Shown here: one piece after another, positions 23,591 to 34,967 of the stretch
How the letters are laid out: every line of letters starts with the position of its first letter
Position numbering within the stretch: the stretch's first letter is position 1
From: Catajapyx aquilonaris
Taxonomy: Eukaryota
Length of the DNA: 64,000 bases
Assembly (NCBI GenBank): GCA_000934665.2
Contig: KZ538129.1
Location: forward strand, 62,001-126,000
Reading direction: 5' to 3'
Program-made: the position numbers and the translations under genes
Notes under the pieces: model-generated
What the model was told of the DNA's origin: nothing
Databases searched by the model: none
The model's input: only the letters and a program-made list of their open reading frames with translations

Positions 23591-26500
23591 CTGTCTCTGT
23601 GTGGGTTGGGCCTGAAGGAAGAGCGCAATTGTAGCAAGCGCCCACTATCTCTTCTATTCCCGGGGTCACCAACAAAAGCGCAGCGCTTAATTCCTTCAAC
23701 ATCGATTCGGAGATTCCATTGTTTCGTGGAAATGTGCTGGAAAATGGGGGAGATCCGGCATGGCGGTGTTCGGCTTGTTGGAGAGATAGGCTCCCACGTT
23801 ACGCACTCGCTCGCAAGGTGGTAGCACGGAACTAGGATCAAAAGGAACTGCTAGCATATGGGGACATAACCGTGGTGCTAATTGCTATGGGGACACTGAG
23901 CGTGTCGCGCGCGTGTCACAAGCGCGTTTCATCCTCAGGTTCAGTAATAGGCAATGCTCATGTACTTGTTGACTTTCCCATAGGGATTCAATTTCACACC
24001 ACATTAGGATTCGAGTATTGAAAAGGCTGGTGACGCATTGTTTACGAATTAATGAGTAGTGCCCTGAGCCTGGGCATCATGTCGGATGTTGACAGCCTCC
24101 CCACCCATGTACCCCCCCCCCCCCCCCNGAGGCAAAAGCCAAGTAGGGGAAGCGGTCAGATGACCAATCGAGCATGCATGTGAGAGTCCAAGAGCAGACA
24201 TGTGGAGAGGAGAAGGGGAAAGGGGGGGGGGGGGATGTGATGATTACTTTGTGCATGTTCGCTGCTCCTGTTTGTTTTGCTTCACTCTTCGGATGTTGTC
24301 GCAACGGACTCAAGTGGCCTGTCTGGAGAGGGTCATGATTGAGAGCGGATGAGGAGGAATCAGCTGCCTCGTGGACAAGTGAGCTTTCCCAGAGCACAGG
24401 GCAATGTGCTCTTGTGTGTCGCCAGGGGACCTCCCAGGGACAGATTCCGGCCGATTATTTCCGGGGGTTTTATTAGAAAGGGTGTGCATCTGGACCCCCC
24501 TTGGTGGCCTCGGCATGGGAGATGACCGCTCTTTAATGAGAATGGTAAATCTTGGGCGGAGCGAGGAAGGAATCCTTGTCCATTCGACACGGTTTTTTTG
24601 CGACCCTGTACTATATTGGGTTAAATGATCCGGACACGGTTGGTTCATATAGGCGGTAGATGGCCAGTCATAACTCAAGGGGTGCTGGCCTAACCGCGAG
24701 ACTTTGTCGCGATAACGTCACTTCCCTCATCAGTCAGTATTCTGAGCGCGACTTTGTTCCAACCGAGTTTACGGTCCGCATGATAACAAGCGGCAGGCCT
24801 TAAGGTTGCCATAATTTATGCCTCTGTTGACAGGAAAATGAATAAGCTATAAGGGCAGCCACTGCGAAGAAGCTCTCCGGGTAGTTTCCGTTTCGCAGGA
24901 TACGGACCGTTCGGAAGCAATTGTTGCTTCCTTATACCGGTCGGCATGTCGAGAAGGGGGCATTTTGAGAGATAAGTCGGCGCTTAGGAAGGAGGACTGT
25001 TAATAATGCATTTTCTTGAGGGAAGGCACGATGAATTATTAGTCCAGCGACAAAGGAAATGACCTGCCTGGTTTGCAAGCTGTCAGTCACTCACATGGTA
25101 GATATGTCAGAAAGGATGTGTAAACACCTGCGTTGACTGAACTGGGTCGGGCTTAAGTCTGGCCTGAATCGGCTATCCGTTGACAAATGAAGCTGAATAA
25201 TTTTTGATGTCCAGTCAATATTTTTGGTGCTTGAGATAACATAGGGGCAGCGGCCTGAACGTGTCGCGTTTAACCCCCCACAGCAGGCGGTTTGATAGCC
25301 CCCTGAACAGTAGGTTTCGTATGTCACGTCGTTGTTGGGTGTGAGGGGAAATGGGCCACCGAGTCGTTTACTGCTGGGCCAACATACGCAATCGGAGCAC
25401 AAACGGGCCAATAACATACAAACTAGCATGCAAAGTGCGCATTTCACAGCATTGGGGGCGAGCAGGGCTACCAACTACCATTTTGCGAGGGCTTGATTTA
25501 CGCTATAGCCCATTGGAGTTCGTTTCGTGGTTTCCGTTTGTAATGCCGTTCGTTTTGTAGCTTGGTCGAGGTCAGAGCGATGACAGGTCGCCGGTGCATT
25601 GTTGTCCCCCCTCTTGCAGAATGATGCGAGGAAGTCACGATGGAGCTGCGGGGATCGGTTTCTGGAAAATCATTCTCGAATGTGGGCACATCATGAAATG
25701 ATAAGGGTTCGCTAATAATTTAGCAGAGGGCGCCGTGACTAACTCGGGCCGTTAAATAATTCTTGCGTCTCTCTTCAGTCGGACGGACAAAAGAAACCAT
25801 TGTCGTTATTGTTGGAAAAAAGGCGTAATTCGGTGGAGCACGCACAGAAAAACCCGCAGGATCATGAAATTGAAAATTGAGGTGAGCTATGCTCCAGGCC
25901 TGAAATTGGTCAATTTTTTGTGGGGGAAAGTCATGCATAAATCACTTTTTAATTCCCCTCGAGAGTCCCGATTTTGATTTTTTTGCTGTTGTTGTTGTCC
26001 CCACACACTTACGCGGTATTTGGGCAAAAAAAAACGAGTCCAATCGGGTGGCAGATCGGGATGCTGCATTATTCAGGTCCCTTTGTTGACTACCTTGGGC
26101 TGCGTATTGATGCCAGGGCATTGCGGCATTGGTTTTGCGTCAGAATTTTCTGCGAGGCTTCTAATGTGCTGCCGTTACGTATCATTAATTCAGATTGTTA
26201 TCGCGTGCGAGGAAAATAAGTAAGTACTTTCATCATGACGGAAAACAATGGCGATGATGCCGATACCTGGGCTATCTTGAGACAGGTGTCTGTGTGCGCA
26301 CAAGACGGCTATTCCGCGAAACGCCTAGCCTATACCAGGCGACAGATTCAGAAAACAAAGTCATTATATCTGGAGACACTGTCTTTGTCCTCTTTTTTGG
26401 CGCAAATAAGATGGTAATGTAACTCTGAAATGACTGCAATTATTTACTCAATGGCGATTTTGCCTGGAATGGTCATGGTCTTCACATGCCTACTTCTCCT

Positions 26501-27070
26501 TAGTACAAGTCAGCACAATTTAACCAGCACTTTTCGAGTATTATTGTCGCCATAAGAGTGTTTCGGTCATTGGGTAAATGACCCATTGTTTCCCCCCAGG
26601 AGCAGAAGAGTTAGAAATGTTCGTCGCATGCGAACCTTCCATTAGGCCCGGGCGACAGTTACTAGAGCCAACTATCCTCCCTCCAAGGCAAATCTTGAAA
26701 CGCGCGTGTGTATATGTATATATCCTCCAGCGTAAAATCGACTGAAAATGTCCCTCTGGGTGGGTGCCGCAAACAGCCGGCCACTAAAATAGTGATAGAT
26801 GCTTCCGGGCGCCAGACTCTATTCCAGGTGAGAATTAATGAGCGTGGAAATTAGCAAGTGGAAATGAAGTGCGCGCGCATCCTTCAGGTTGGGTCGGTGC
26901 TGCCCCTGGTGGACAACGGCCATTAAAATTGAATCCGTCGCATATGTCCGTCTTCGGCGTGGTCATTAATATGCGATAAAGAAGCCGGCTTGTGATGTAT
27001 GTTTCAAGGCTGTGAGGGGAGAGGGGGGGGGGTGAAAGGGGACGAGTTCTTGTCATGTTTCCACCTGGCG

Positions 27071-27096
27071 ACTAATTTATTGTCTTGCAGGTAATA
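27071..27096 (+). promoter_or_regulatory. candidate recursive splice site RS3, AG|GT at 27090/27091
   Basis: actaat branch motif, ttattgtcttgcag acceptor, immediately followed by gtaata. Confidence 0.5.
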
Positions 27097-28301
27097 CCTG
27101 TCCGGGCGAATTACCCCAGTCTTTGCCTCACATTTGCGGCGGCACACTCGCATCGTAATTGGCACCGGAGAAGTTGGGAATCTCTTTTCTATTTCATCCC
27201 TCGAGTTGTTGGTTAATTGAGGAGTTGGTTAACCGCCGGGCTCTAATTGAACTAAGGTTGGCTTATTATTTATGGCAAGTGGAGGTTGCCAGGTTCGACA
27301 CTGTTGGGCACTGCTTGCTTTTTATTAAATTGTTTAGGTAACCAATATTAGGTTGTGTGATCGGCCCTGGGTTCTGCCCCGGGGCCGAGTTGTAATCGGG
27401 AGTCGGTGAGGCGCGTTAAGAAGGCGTAAGAAGTGACTTTATGAAGAGTGATAGGGAGTCCCCCGCAGTCCAAGAGCGGGCCTACATATCACCAAGAGCT
27501 GCGCTTCGCAGCTTGTCTCAGGTCCCCGAGAGACCATTCATTTCCCAGCTCGACAGGGGGATTAGCATATGTATGACGCTGCCGAGGATAACGGCTTCCT
27601 CCGCCATTGACTTGTAAACTATTTTGGCAACGCCGACTCCTCATACTTCAGTGACAAGAGCCAGCCATCAGGGATTTTTTTTTTACCGGGTGTTGTTGCG
27701 ACCGATTTTTTGAATAATGCGCCACAATATTTCCAAGCTCGTTACGACATACCGTGACTGGCAGGTCCACAAGACTGGTGCGGTCACCCCAAAGTCGGGT
27801 TAAATTTTTGGTCGTTATGCTTATTATATGGGTTAAGAAACATGTTCGTCAAAAAATGACGTAACAATGTAAGTGTTGTAATACCTTCTGTCGTGCGCCG
27901 GAACGTGCCGGCACTGCCAGGGATCCATTCAGGCGTCATATCAAAGAGAAGACAATAAAGCGAGGATCATAAATTATCATTTATAGCCTGCGGAAAAACA
28001 CAGTGTGTCTTCTTGTGGTTAACGAGCCATCTTGTAAATCCATTCGGCGGGGGCCAATAAAATGGGTTTTTATTCCCCCCTATACTTTCATATACGGGCA
28101 GACGCAGATTTTGGTTGTATGGGACAGGGCGGGGGTGGTGTGCTAGTGCTGCCAGGGGCTTTATGAGCCGCCGCCTGAGTGATATATGACGGGGCCCAGG
28201 CCCGGTTGAAGGAAGCTGTCATTATCGTATTACCTTTCACTGATTGAAATTAGGGCAGGCGGGGACAGATGGGACCAGGGCTGACTGCTGGGGTGCACGC
28301 G

Positions 28302-28335
28302 TCCACTTGTCTTACCTGTTTGTATCCAGGTATGC
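28302..28335 (+). promoter_or_regulatory. weaker candidate recursive splice site, AG|GT at 28329/28330
   Basis: tccacttgtcttacctgtttgtatccag|gtatgc; AG-free pyrimidine-rich tract, 480 nt upstream of the first homeodomain exon. Confidence 0.3.
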
Positions 28336-28809
28336 AGGTTTTATGTGTGTCAGCAAGGGGTCACACCCTGCATAGTTCCAATCACTCAAAAACTTGGCAT
28401 TCACGACCTAGGCACTGTCTTAATAATACAGATTCCAAGTATATCTAGAGAGACACTGAGGAGAAATAGTTGGAGCGAAATGACTGTCGACTTGATGATA
28501 GTGAGGGATTTTGCAGGAACTTATATCCTATAGTTTGGTTCGAGGGGGACCGGCGTTTGATGGCAGGTTAATGTCTCGGAAGGCATTCAGGCTGCGGTGG
28601 GGGCCTAATCGAAGAGTGAGGGTTAATGGCGTTTTAATAACAAAGGAAGGTTGGTAACGACTTTCAGGATGTAGAGTCATTATGAATGGGGGCCACCCTC
28701 TCGATTTGGTCTGTTTTTTTATATATATTCTGGAGCACCCTGTAAAAAGTAGTGATGATTGTTCCGGAGCGTACGGTTATAGAGTAATAATTAACAGTTT
28801 TCTCCCCAG

Positions 28810-28958
28810 GTGACGCCAGCAATGCCAGTATCGGCAGTGGAGAGGGCACCGGTGAAGAAGACGACGACACTGGCAGCAAAAAGAACCAAAAGAAGAGAGG
28901 CATCTTCCCCAAGGTGGCCACCAACATCCTGCGAGCTTGGCTCTTCCAACACCTCACA
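28810..28958 (+). CDS. hth: homothorax/Meis coding exon (linker, homeodomain N-terminal arm and helix 1)
   Basis: Acceptor ttttctccccag|, donor |gtaagt; 149 nt, phase 1 to 0; translates (G)[49 protein letters not shown], near-identical to arthropod Homothorax as I recall it. Confidence 0.96.
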
Positions 28959-31900
28959 GTAAGTGTCTTTGACATTATATCATGAGCCAGCATGTGAGCT
29001 AGTGCAAATCTTTGATTTGGATTATCTCCAAGCTGATTTTTTTGTGGATTTTTTCTGATATATGCATGGTCGCAGCGTGTGGCCGCTGATTTTGGTGAGC
29101 TATCACAGGGTGAGTAGCATTAGTCACCATTAGCAGGCACCGCTAATCCATCGAGGAGGACTGGGTATATCCGCGTTATTTATTTACGCCAACCATTTCC
29201 CATGCGGGTTTGTGTCATTCAATGAAACCAATTATTTTTGTTTTAGCGGCTCCGGCAATTTATTCGATTACGTTCGAAAGCAGGGGAAATCCATCATTGG
29301 ACGCTGTTCCATGCGGCACGAAGCCCTTTGGGGGGACGTGAAAGTATCCACCGAAACGAATCCCCCAACAATGCTGCAATGATGCACATCATTTCGAAAA
29401 GGGGGGGACCCTCACATCAATCCAGACACGATTTGTCGCGTGCGCGTTTCTTCACGTAATGTCAGTGGTGGCGTCATGAACTACTAGTTGCCGGACCATC
29501 CGCTTGAGTAGTAGAGCGGTGCTATCTTCCAGTGCCCATTTTCATTAGAAAGTGTTTATTTTGGGGTGAGGCAAGCCAGGCGGTCGCCATCAAAAACGCA
29601 TTACCTGGGCCTTCGATAATGACTTGCATCATGGGATGGGCCAATCAGGCTTCAGGCCTGGTATGGTGGAGAAGAAGACGGCGATGCCGGAGATTGGCGC
29701 AGATTTACACTGCAATTTGAGGGGAGCTCTGAGGTCCTAATGAGGAGGTGTGAGGCTTCAAATCAGGAGGTACCGGCTCATATATGGGATGTGACACCTT
29801 ATGTGGGCGTGAATCATGTAGAGAGTGGCAAAACTGCCGCCTTGAGAATCATGCTTTTTGTTGCCAGCCAATTGCCTATGGGAGTTGGATGCGGATCAGT
29901 TTCTCAAACCGCAAGATCAACAGTGGACCCCCCCTCTCAAACTTTTTGGAATTTTATTACGAAACCGTAGAAATTGACTTTGGGAATTAGGGAAATGTAA
30001 CCTAATCTAATAAAATGGCTCCTTCGGGGCAGCCAACTGGAAATGGATCTGTGTTCGACATCAGGAGGGTTTGATTCGGGGATTCGCAATTTTTTCTAGG
30101 GGGTCATGCCAATGCAGCAATTAAGCCGAAATCGTTTCAGTTCCATAAACGCTAATGTATTATTGATACGGTTATCTCTGCTCGTGTGCTCACCATCGGC
30201 AAATACGGTAACGGTCTTGGGCCGAACCTAATGGCGATTTCCATTTGTCGGTCGGCCGAAAGTCGTGCATAATGCATTTATAATCAAGAAAATTCATTCC
30301 CGTTATCTTCACCGCCAGTATAGTTGGAGGATTGACTGCATTTCCAAACTGATGATCGATTTTATTTTTTTGCCTTTCCATCTGGTCATTTAGAGGCTAT
30401 TTCAACAATCGGAGTCTGTTTTTCGCTGATACGGTCTGGGTCATTTGGGAGGTACGGGAGACCCCTCGACTTCTTTGCCAACCAATCGACAGGGTATTAG
30501 AACCGTTTACCTCAGGCTGAAAAATGGATGCGATTGTGGGCCGATACCATGGCTAGGGGAATCGAGAACCGTGAATGGCAAAATTGCAAGGAAGGTTCAT
30601 GAAAAATTTTGATGACAAATCTCGCGAGAAATCAATGGGCCAGTATCGTGCAGAAGAAGGGCGTGCCCAATGATAGTGAATAAATGAATGCCTATAGGCG
30701 CGGGTATAAGGCGCCGAAAAATTCCGCCGATGGATTATTCAGCCATGGGGTGTGTCAGGTTTTTTGGGGTAACCCCTCGACCCGAGGGTAGAATATCGTG
30801 ATGAGAGCTTGAGGAAAATGTGAAAAATTAGCATCTGAATGCGTGAAACGTAGTGTAGGCGGTTTTTGGGTCCTAGGGTAGAAGAGAGGAGGAAAAGGGG
30901 GGAATGGGAAGAGAAGGCAGCGGAGAAGACGAGAGAAGCAAAGCATGAAAAGCTGCAGGATCTTTCCGAGCCATTAGGCACCGGATTCATCCCACAACTT
31001 CGGCGACTCGTCTTCTGGATCGTCTATCGCTAGAATCAGTCGAGGGAGAAGAGCTTTTCCTTCGATATAGGAGCTGCCAAGGAACCAGCAGCCCTCCCTG
31101 CCAGAATAAGACCCGGTTTTTTTCCTACCACAACTTGGTGTTTATCTCGGTGTGGAAGCGGCCATCTTGCCGTCCGGATCACTCAGGAACTGGTTGTATC
31201 CAGCGAATTTGGGTCTTGAGACTCGCATCGGCTCAAATCTACAGTTTCTGCCAGTTTCAGGCATATTTACAAGTAGAACTGAGTACAAAGATGGCGCCCG
31301 ACTGTGCCATGCTGGGGGCGGCCATGTTAGGCCTCCAAATTACATTTTTGGGATTTGCAGTTAATCACAGATGGCGCGGACAACTGCTTGCTAAGCGCTC
31401 CTAGCGAGCGTGGTTATACGGGCCAAGGCGAACGGAATTCGTAATACGGCCATTGTTTTGACCCCGGAACGGTCAACAAATGCCACCACCAATCCCGGGC
31501 TCATTTCCAGCGGGCTGCCTGCGTTATACTTGATAAATTCGGGCGGGCCATTTCCAGCGGCATGCCCCCAGATCAGACTAGATCATTGGCCCATTTTCTG
31601 TGGAATTTTGCGGGCATTTATAGTAATTCGTTTGCACGGGGAGGTCCACACACCCCCCCCCCCCTCCCCTCTGAAAATTCATGCCGGTGCATTTCCGAGT
31701 GGCACACGGTTGCCAATATATTCCCGGGCGGTTGTGTTTATGGGTTCGCTAATTCACTGACAGCGGTTTTATCCGCACAGACAGCCACAGTTTGTTGAGG
31801 GGGAAAGTGAGCCGCTGATGTAATCCAAGTGGAATCTAGCCCCCGACCGTTCAGGAGCAATATCCAAATGCCGATGATGGAGCAATGTGTCATTGGCACC

Positions 31901-32003
31901 GACGTTCCACCCTACCCAAAAACCCAGGCTTTAATTGGTTCTGCTCTGCCAACAACCGACTGCTGCAGATGATGGAGGTTCAAATTTTAGCAGATTTTTT
32001 TTT

Positions 32004-32019
32004 NNNNNNNNNNNNNNNN
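32004..32019. other. assembly gap (16 N)
   Basis: N run between poly-T and poly-G. Confidence 0.99.
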
Positions 32020-32840
32020 GGGGGGGGGGGGGGGGGAGGAAAATTGCAAAAAAGGGGAGTGTGCGTGCCTGGTCCATTTCCCCAGCCCCACTTCCTGCTG
32101 GTGATAAGACGGGGCCGTCTGTCAGCAGAATTGCTATCTGCCGTCGCGGAGGAGATTGCAGGACAGCCGGGAAAATAGAGTGGGTCGGAAGGGGCCTGGG
32201 GATGGGTGCGTCGCTCGATGGATGGAACATACAGAGGAAAATAGAAGTTGGAAGGAAATGGACCAGCTTGGGATTTTCATATCACCCTGTAGTTGGATGC
32301 AGCTTCATTATTTTCCTTAATGCTGTATGGATTCTGCATGGAAAAGAGGCAATTGAAGGGCATGATGATATGGAGTGGCAGTTGAACCGCCACCATCACG
32401 ACTCTCGAAGCCACCGACACAAATCCGGGAAGCAAATTCGGGGAAGGACCCCCCCCCCCCCCCCCCCCCCTCTCCCCGGTTTTTCGATCGCGGATGTGGG
32501 TTGGGGTGGAAAAGGCCCATCTCTTTCCTCTCTCCCACCCTCTCTCTCCCACCGACATTCTTGCTTGTCCCCTTCCATCATCGGATGGAGCAATTTCCCG
32601 AAATGGGCACGGGCTAACTCCGGGGCCTGAGCGGGCCAACCCGGATAAAAAGAAGATGGAGGGAGGGTGAAGGAGAGAAAAAAATAGGGAGAAAGGGGAT
32701 GAGAAGATGGGGGGTGCGCACTGCAGTAATCCGCTTGGAAAGAAAAGGATTTAGTATGCAATAAGTTGGAGGAATTGGGACGCGACGGATAATGACGTTA
32801 TGCTGTGGAGGGAATGCTGACCGTTGGGCTTCCAATGGGC

Positions 32841-33020
32841 TCCGAGCTTCACCGGACTCGCCCGAACTCGTCCGGACTCTCTCGAGCTGCTCCGAACTTC
32901 ACTGGACTCTCCTTATTGGCTCCGAACGACTCCGTACTGCCTTGATTGCCTCCGAACTCTCCCGAACTGCTCCGGATTCTCCTGATTGTGTCCCGAACTC
33001 TTCCGGATTCGTCCGAAATG
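32841..33020. repeat. degenerate 10-bp-period minisatellite (consensus about TCCGAACTCY), about 18 units
   Basis: Units such as tccgagcttc, accggactcg, cccgaactcg, tccggactct, tccgaacttc, tccgaactct stay in 10-bp phase apart from a single 1-nt insertion near 32991. Confidence 0.8.
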
Positions 33021-34925
33021 GCCATATTAGCTCAGAATTGCTCTCCTGAACTTCCTCGATGTTTGTTGTTGCCTGCACAGGCTGAACAAGTCAATTCTGG
33101 AGCGGCGTCATCCATATTGAAACACAGGGTCTTGATTACCTGGTTGTCACTTGATTGGCAGGAAGGACAAAGGGGCTTGTTCAAGTTGAGTTATATCGAG
33201 AATCAGTCACGCATAGTCTGGTCCCAGCTGCCATTCTTGATCTGCCCACGGTTTGAGATTGACTAGAGCAAGGCAATGAAATTTCGCTTATCAGTGGGCA
33301 TGGGGACTTTTCCGCCATGAGAATTGCCTATTGGGAGAGGGGGAGAGAGGATGCAACGAGTTCTGTCTCAACCAAACTTACTCCTTCCCCCATCCAGCCT
33401 CCCCTGAGAAATGAGACGAAGTGAAAACCGGAATTGAGGCCATGGAAACAATTCGACCATTTTGGGTAATGAGACTGCGACGACCACAGCCTCTAACCTC
33501 TCTAAAAAAAACACATCTCCTTTTTTTTTTGGCCGCCTCAATATCCAATTTCCGGCTGCGGCTTGTCGCCCGTTGGCTCCCGGCGCCATTTTTAATCACG
33601 GCCAGAAGATTTATAACTTGATTTGCTGCTAAAGATTTGCGCTAAAACCTACCCGGCTCCAGGAGTGACTGGAGCGGTAATTCCGAGCTGCCGCCGGTGG
33701 ATTACTTCGTCGTGGATCATCGTTAGGATAATTGCGATTTCTGGTACCCTGCGTCTAATTAATATTAGCACTGCCAAGCGCCCCTAATGAAACGGAGCGT
33801 AGTCCACTAACTATCGGTGAATGATGTGAAAGAATGCGATTAGGAAAAATGTATCGGGTGCCACAAGGTGACCAGAAAATATTTATTAATTTTACTAACT
33901 GTATGGTGATGACGACCCCTGGAATATCCTGCCCCATATGCAACCACTGCACGTGATCTGTAGTCTGGAAGTGGGGTAGGTAGTCTGGACAAACATACAC
34001 GAATAGTTTCAGGTTTATACAGTATATATAGAGGGTTTTTTGTTGAAAAAAGTTCATTAAATAAAGGGAGGATGTAGTTTTCAGCGAGTGGTCCGTATAA
34101 CCCAGGCTAGGCCTAGGCCATTCCACTCTCTCTCCATCTGCCGGGGCTTAAATTACGAGGCAGCGGCGTGAGCCAAGGGGATAAAGACATGATCTTTCCT
34201 CGGGGTCCCCGATAACGGGCATTATGGCTGATATAGGGAAAAGGGGAAGAGAGAGGATGTTGCCTGGATGCACTTGCTCCCTCGGGAAACAATAGCGGAG
34301 CGGAGCTGCTTGCCCGAGGAAGGGACATGGCGTCGTAGAAACCACAAAAGCTAGGCGCTTGTCACGGCCGCTGGGCCTGGACCGCAGAAACTCCGGGAAA
34401 CCCTCTCGGCTCCCTATTGACCCAAGTTCACCCCGAATTACCGGATCCAATTATGCACACACTTGGCCGCAGACTGCGCTCCATTGGATGTACCGGAGGC
34501 TCAGGTGGCGTCATCACCCGGCATCGCCTCGTTTATAGGAAAGCCTCCCTTTTTTGAAGTCTCTCCAAACTGAAACAAGGCGCTTTTTTTTTGGCCAGAG
34601 GAAAAAATCCGCTGGGCAATTTTCCAGCCAATTTTCGCAGCGCAGCTTTTCCGGCAGTTCGTGCAGATGGATCCGCGATGGATTATCCCGCAGCGGATAA
34701 GGCACAGGGTGATGAATAGCTCCACTGTTTTGCTGCAATGCACGTTAAGTCAAGGGAAAAACCTGACTTTTGCCAAGTTGTGCACTTATTTTCTCAGCTA
34801 GTCATCTGGCTCTATTCACCGTTTTCTCCCATACCACAATTTTTTCGAGGGAAATAATCGACCTGCGGCCTTCCAATATTCCGATACGATGTCCCTTCTT
34901 CTTCTGACACCCCCCTCCTCGTCAG

Positions 34926-34967
34926 TCCATTTCTTATCCAATCCATAACCGCCCCCTTTAGGTGAGC
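34926..34967 (+). promoter_or_regulatory. weaker candidate recursive splice site, AG|GT at 34961/34962
   Basis: tccatttcttatccaatccataaccgccccctttag|gtgagc; roughly central in the 10.6-kb intron. Confidence 0.33.

Noticed and set aside
26160..26225. Possible 26-nt microexon (ttcag|...aataa|gtaagt)
   Set aside because: Poor pyrimidine tract, not frame-preserving, ends in a stop; insufficient support.
27311..27343. tgtttag|gtaacc as a recursive site
   Set aside because: Weak donor and A-interrupted tract; similarly weak hits near 5239, 14234, 23325, 26827, 40036 and 45066 were also discarded for lack of a proper acceptor.
28730..28744. Solo mariner-like TIR (reverse complement tacagggtgctccag)
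   Set aside because: No matching partner end found nearby; too short to call.
1..28809. Upstream hth exons (HM/Meinox domain or homeodomain-less terminal exon)
   Set aside because: No recognisable HM-domain peptide with splice sites found by eye; probably upstream of the window, although a divergent exon or one inside the 11785-12014 gap cannot be excluded.
32841..33020. CRISPR-like array
   Set aside because: Eukaryotic context; contiguous degenerate 10-mers with no unique spacers.
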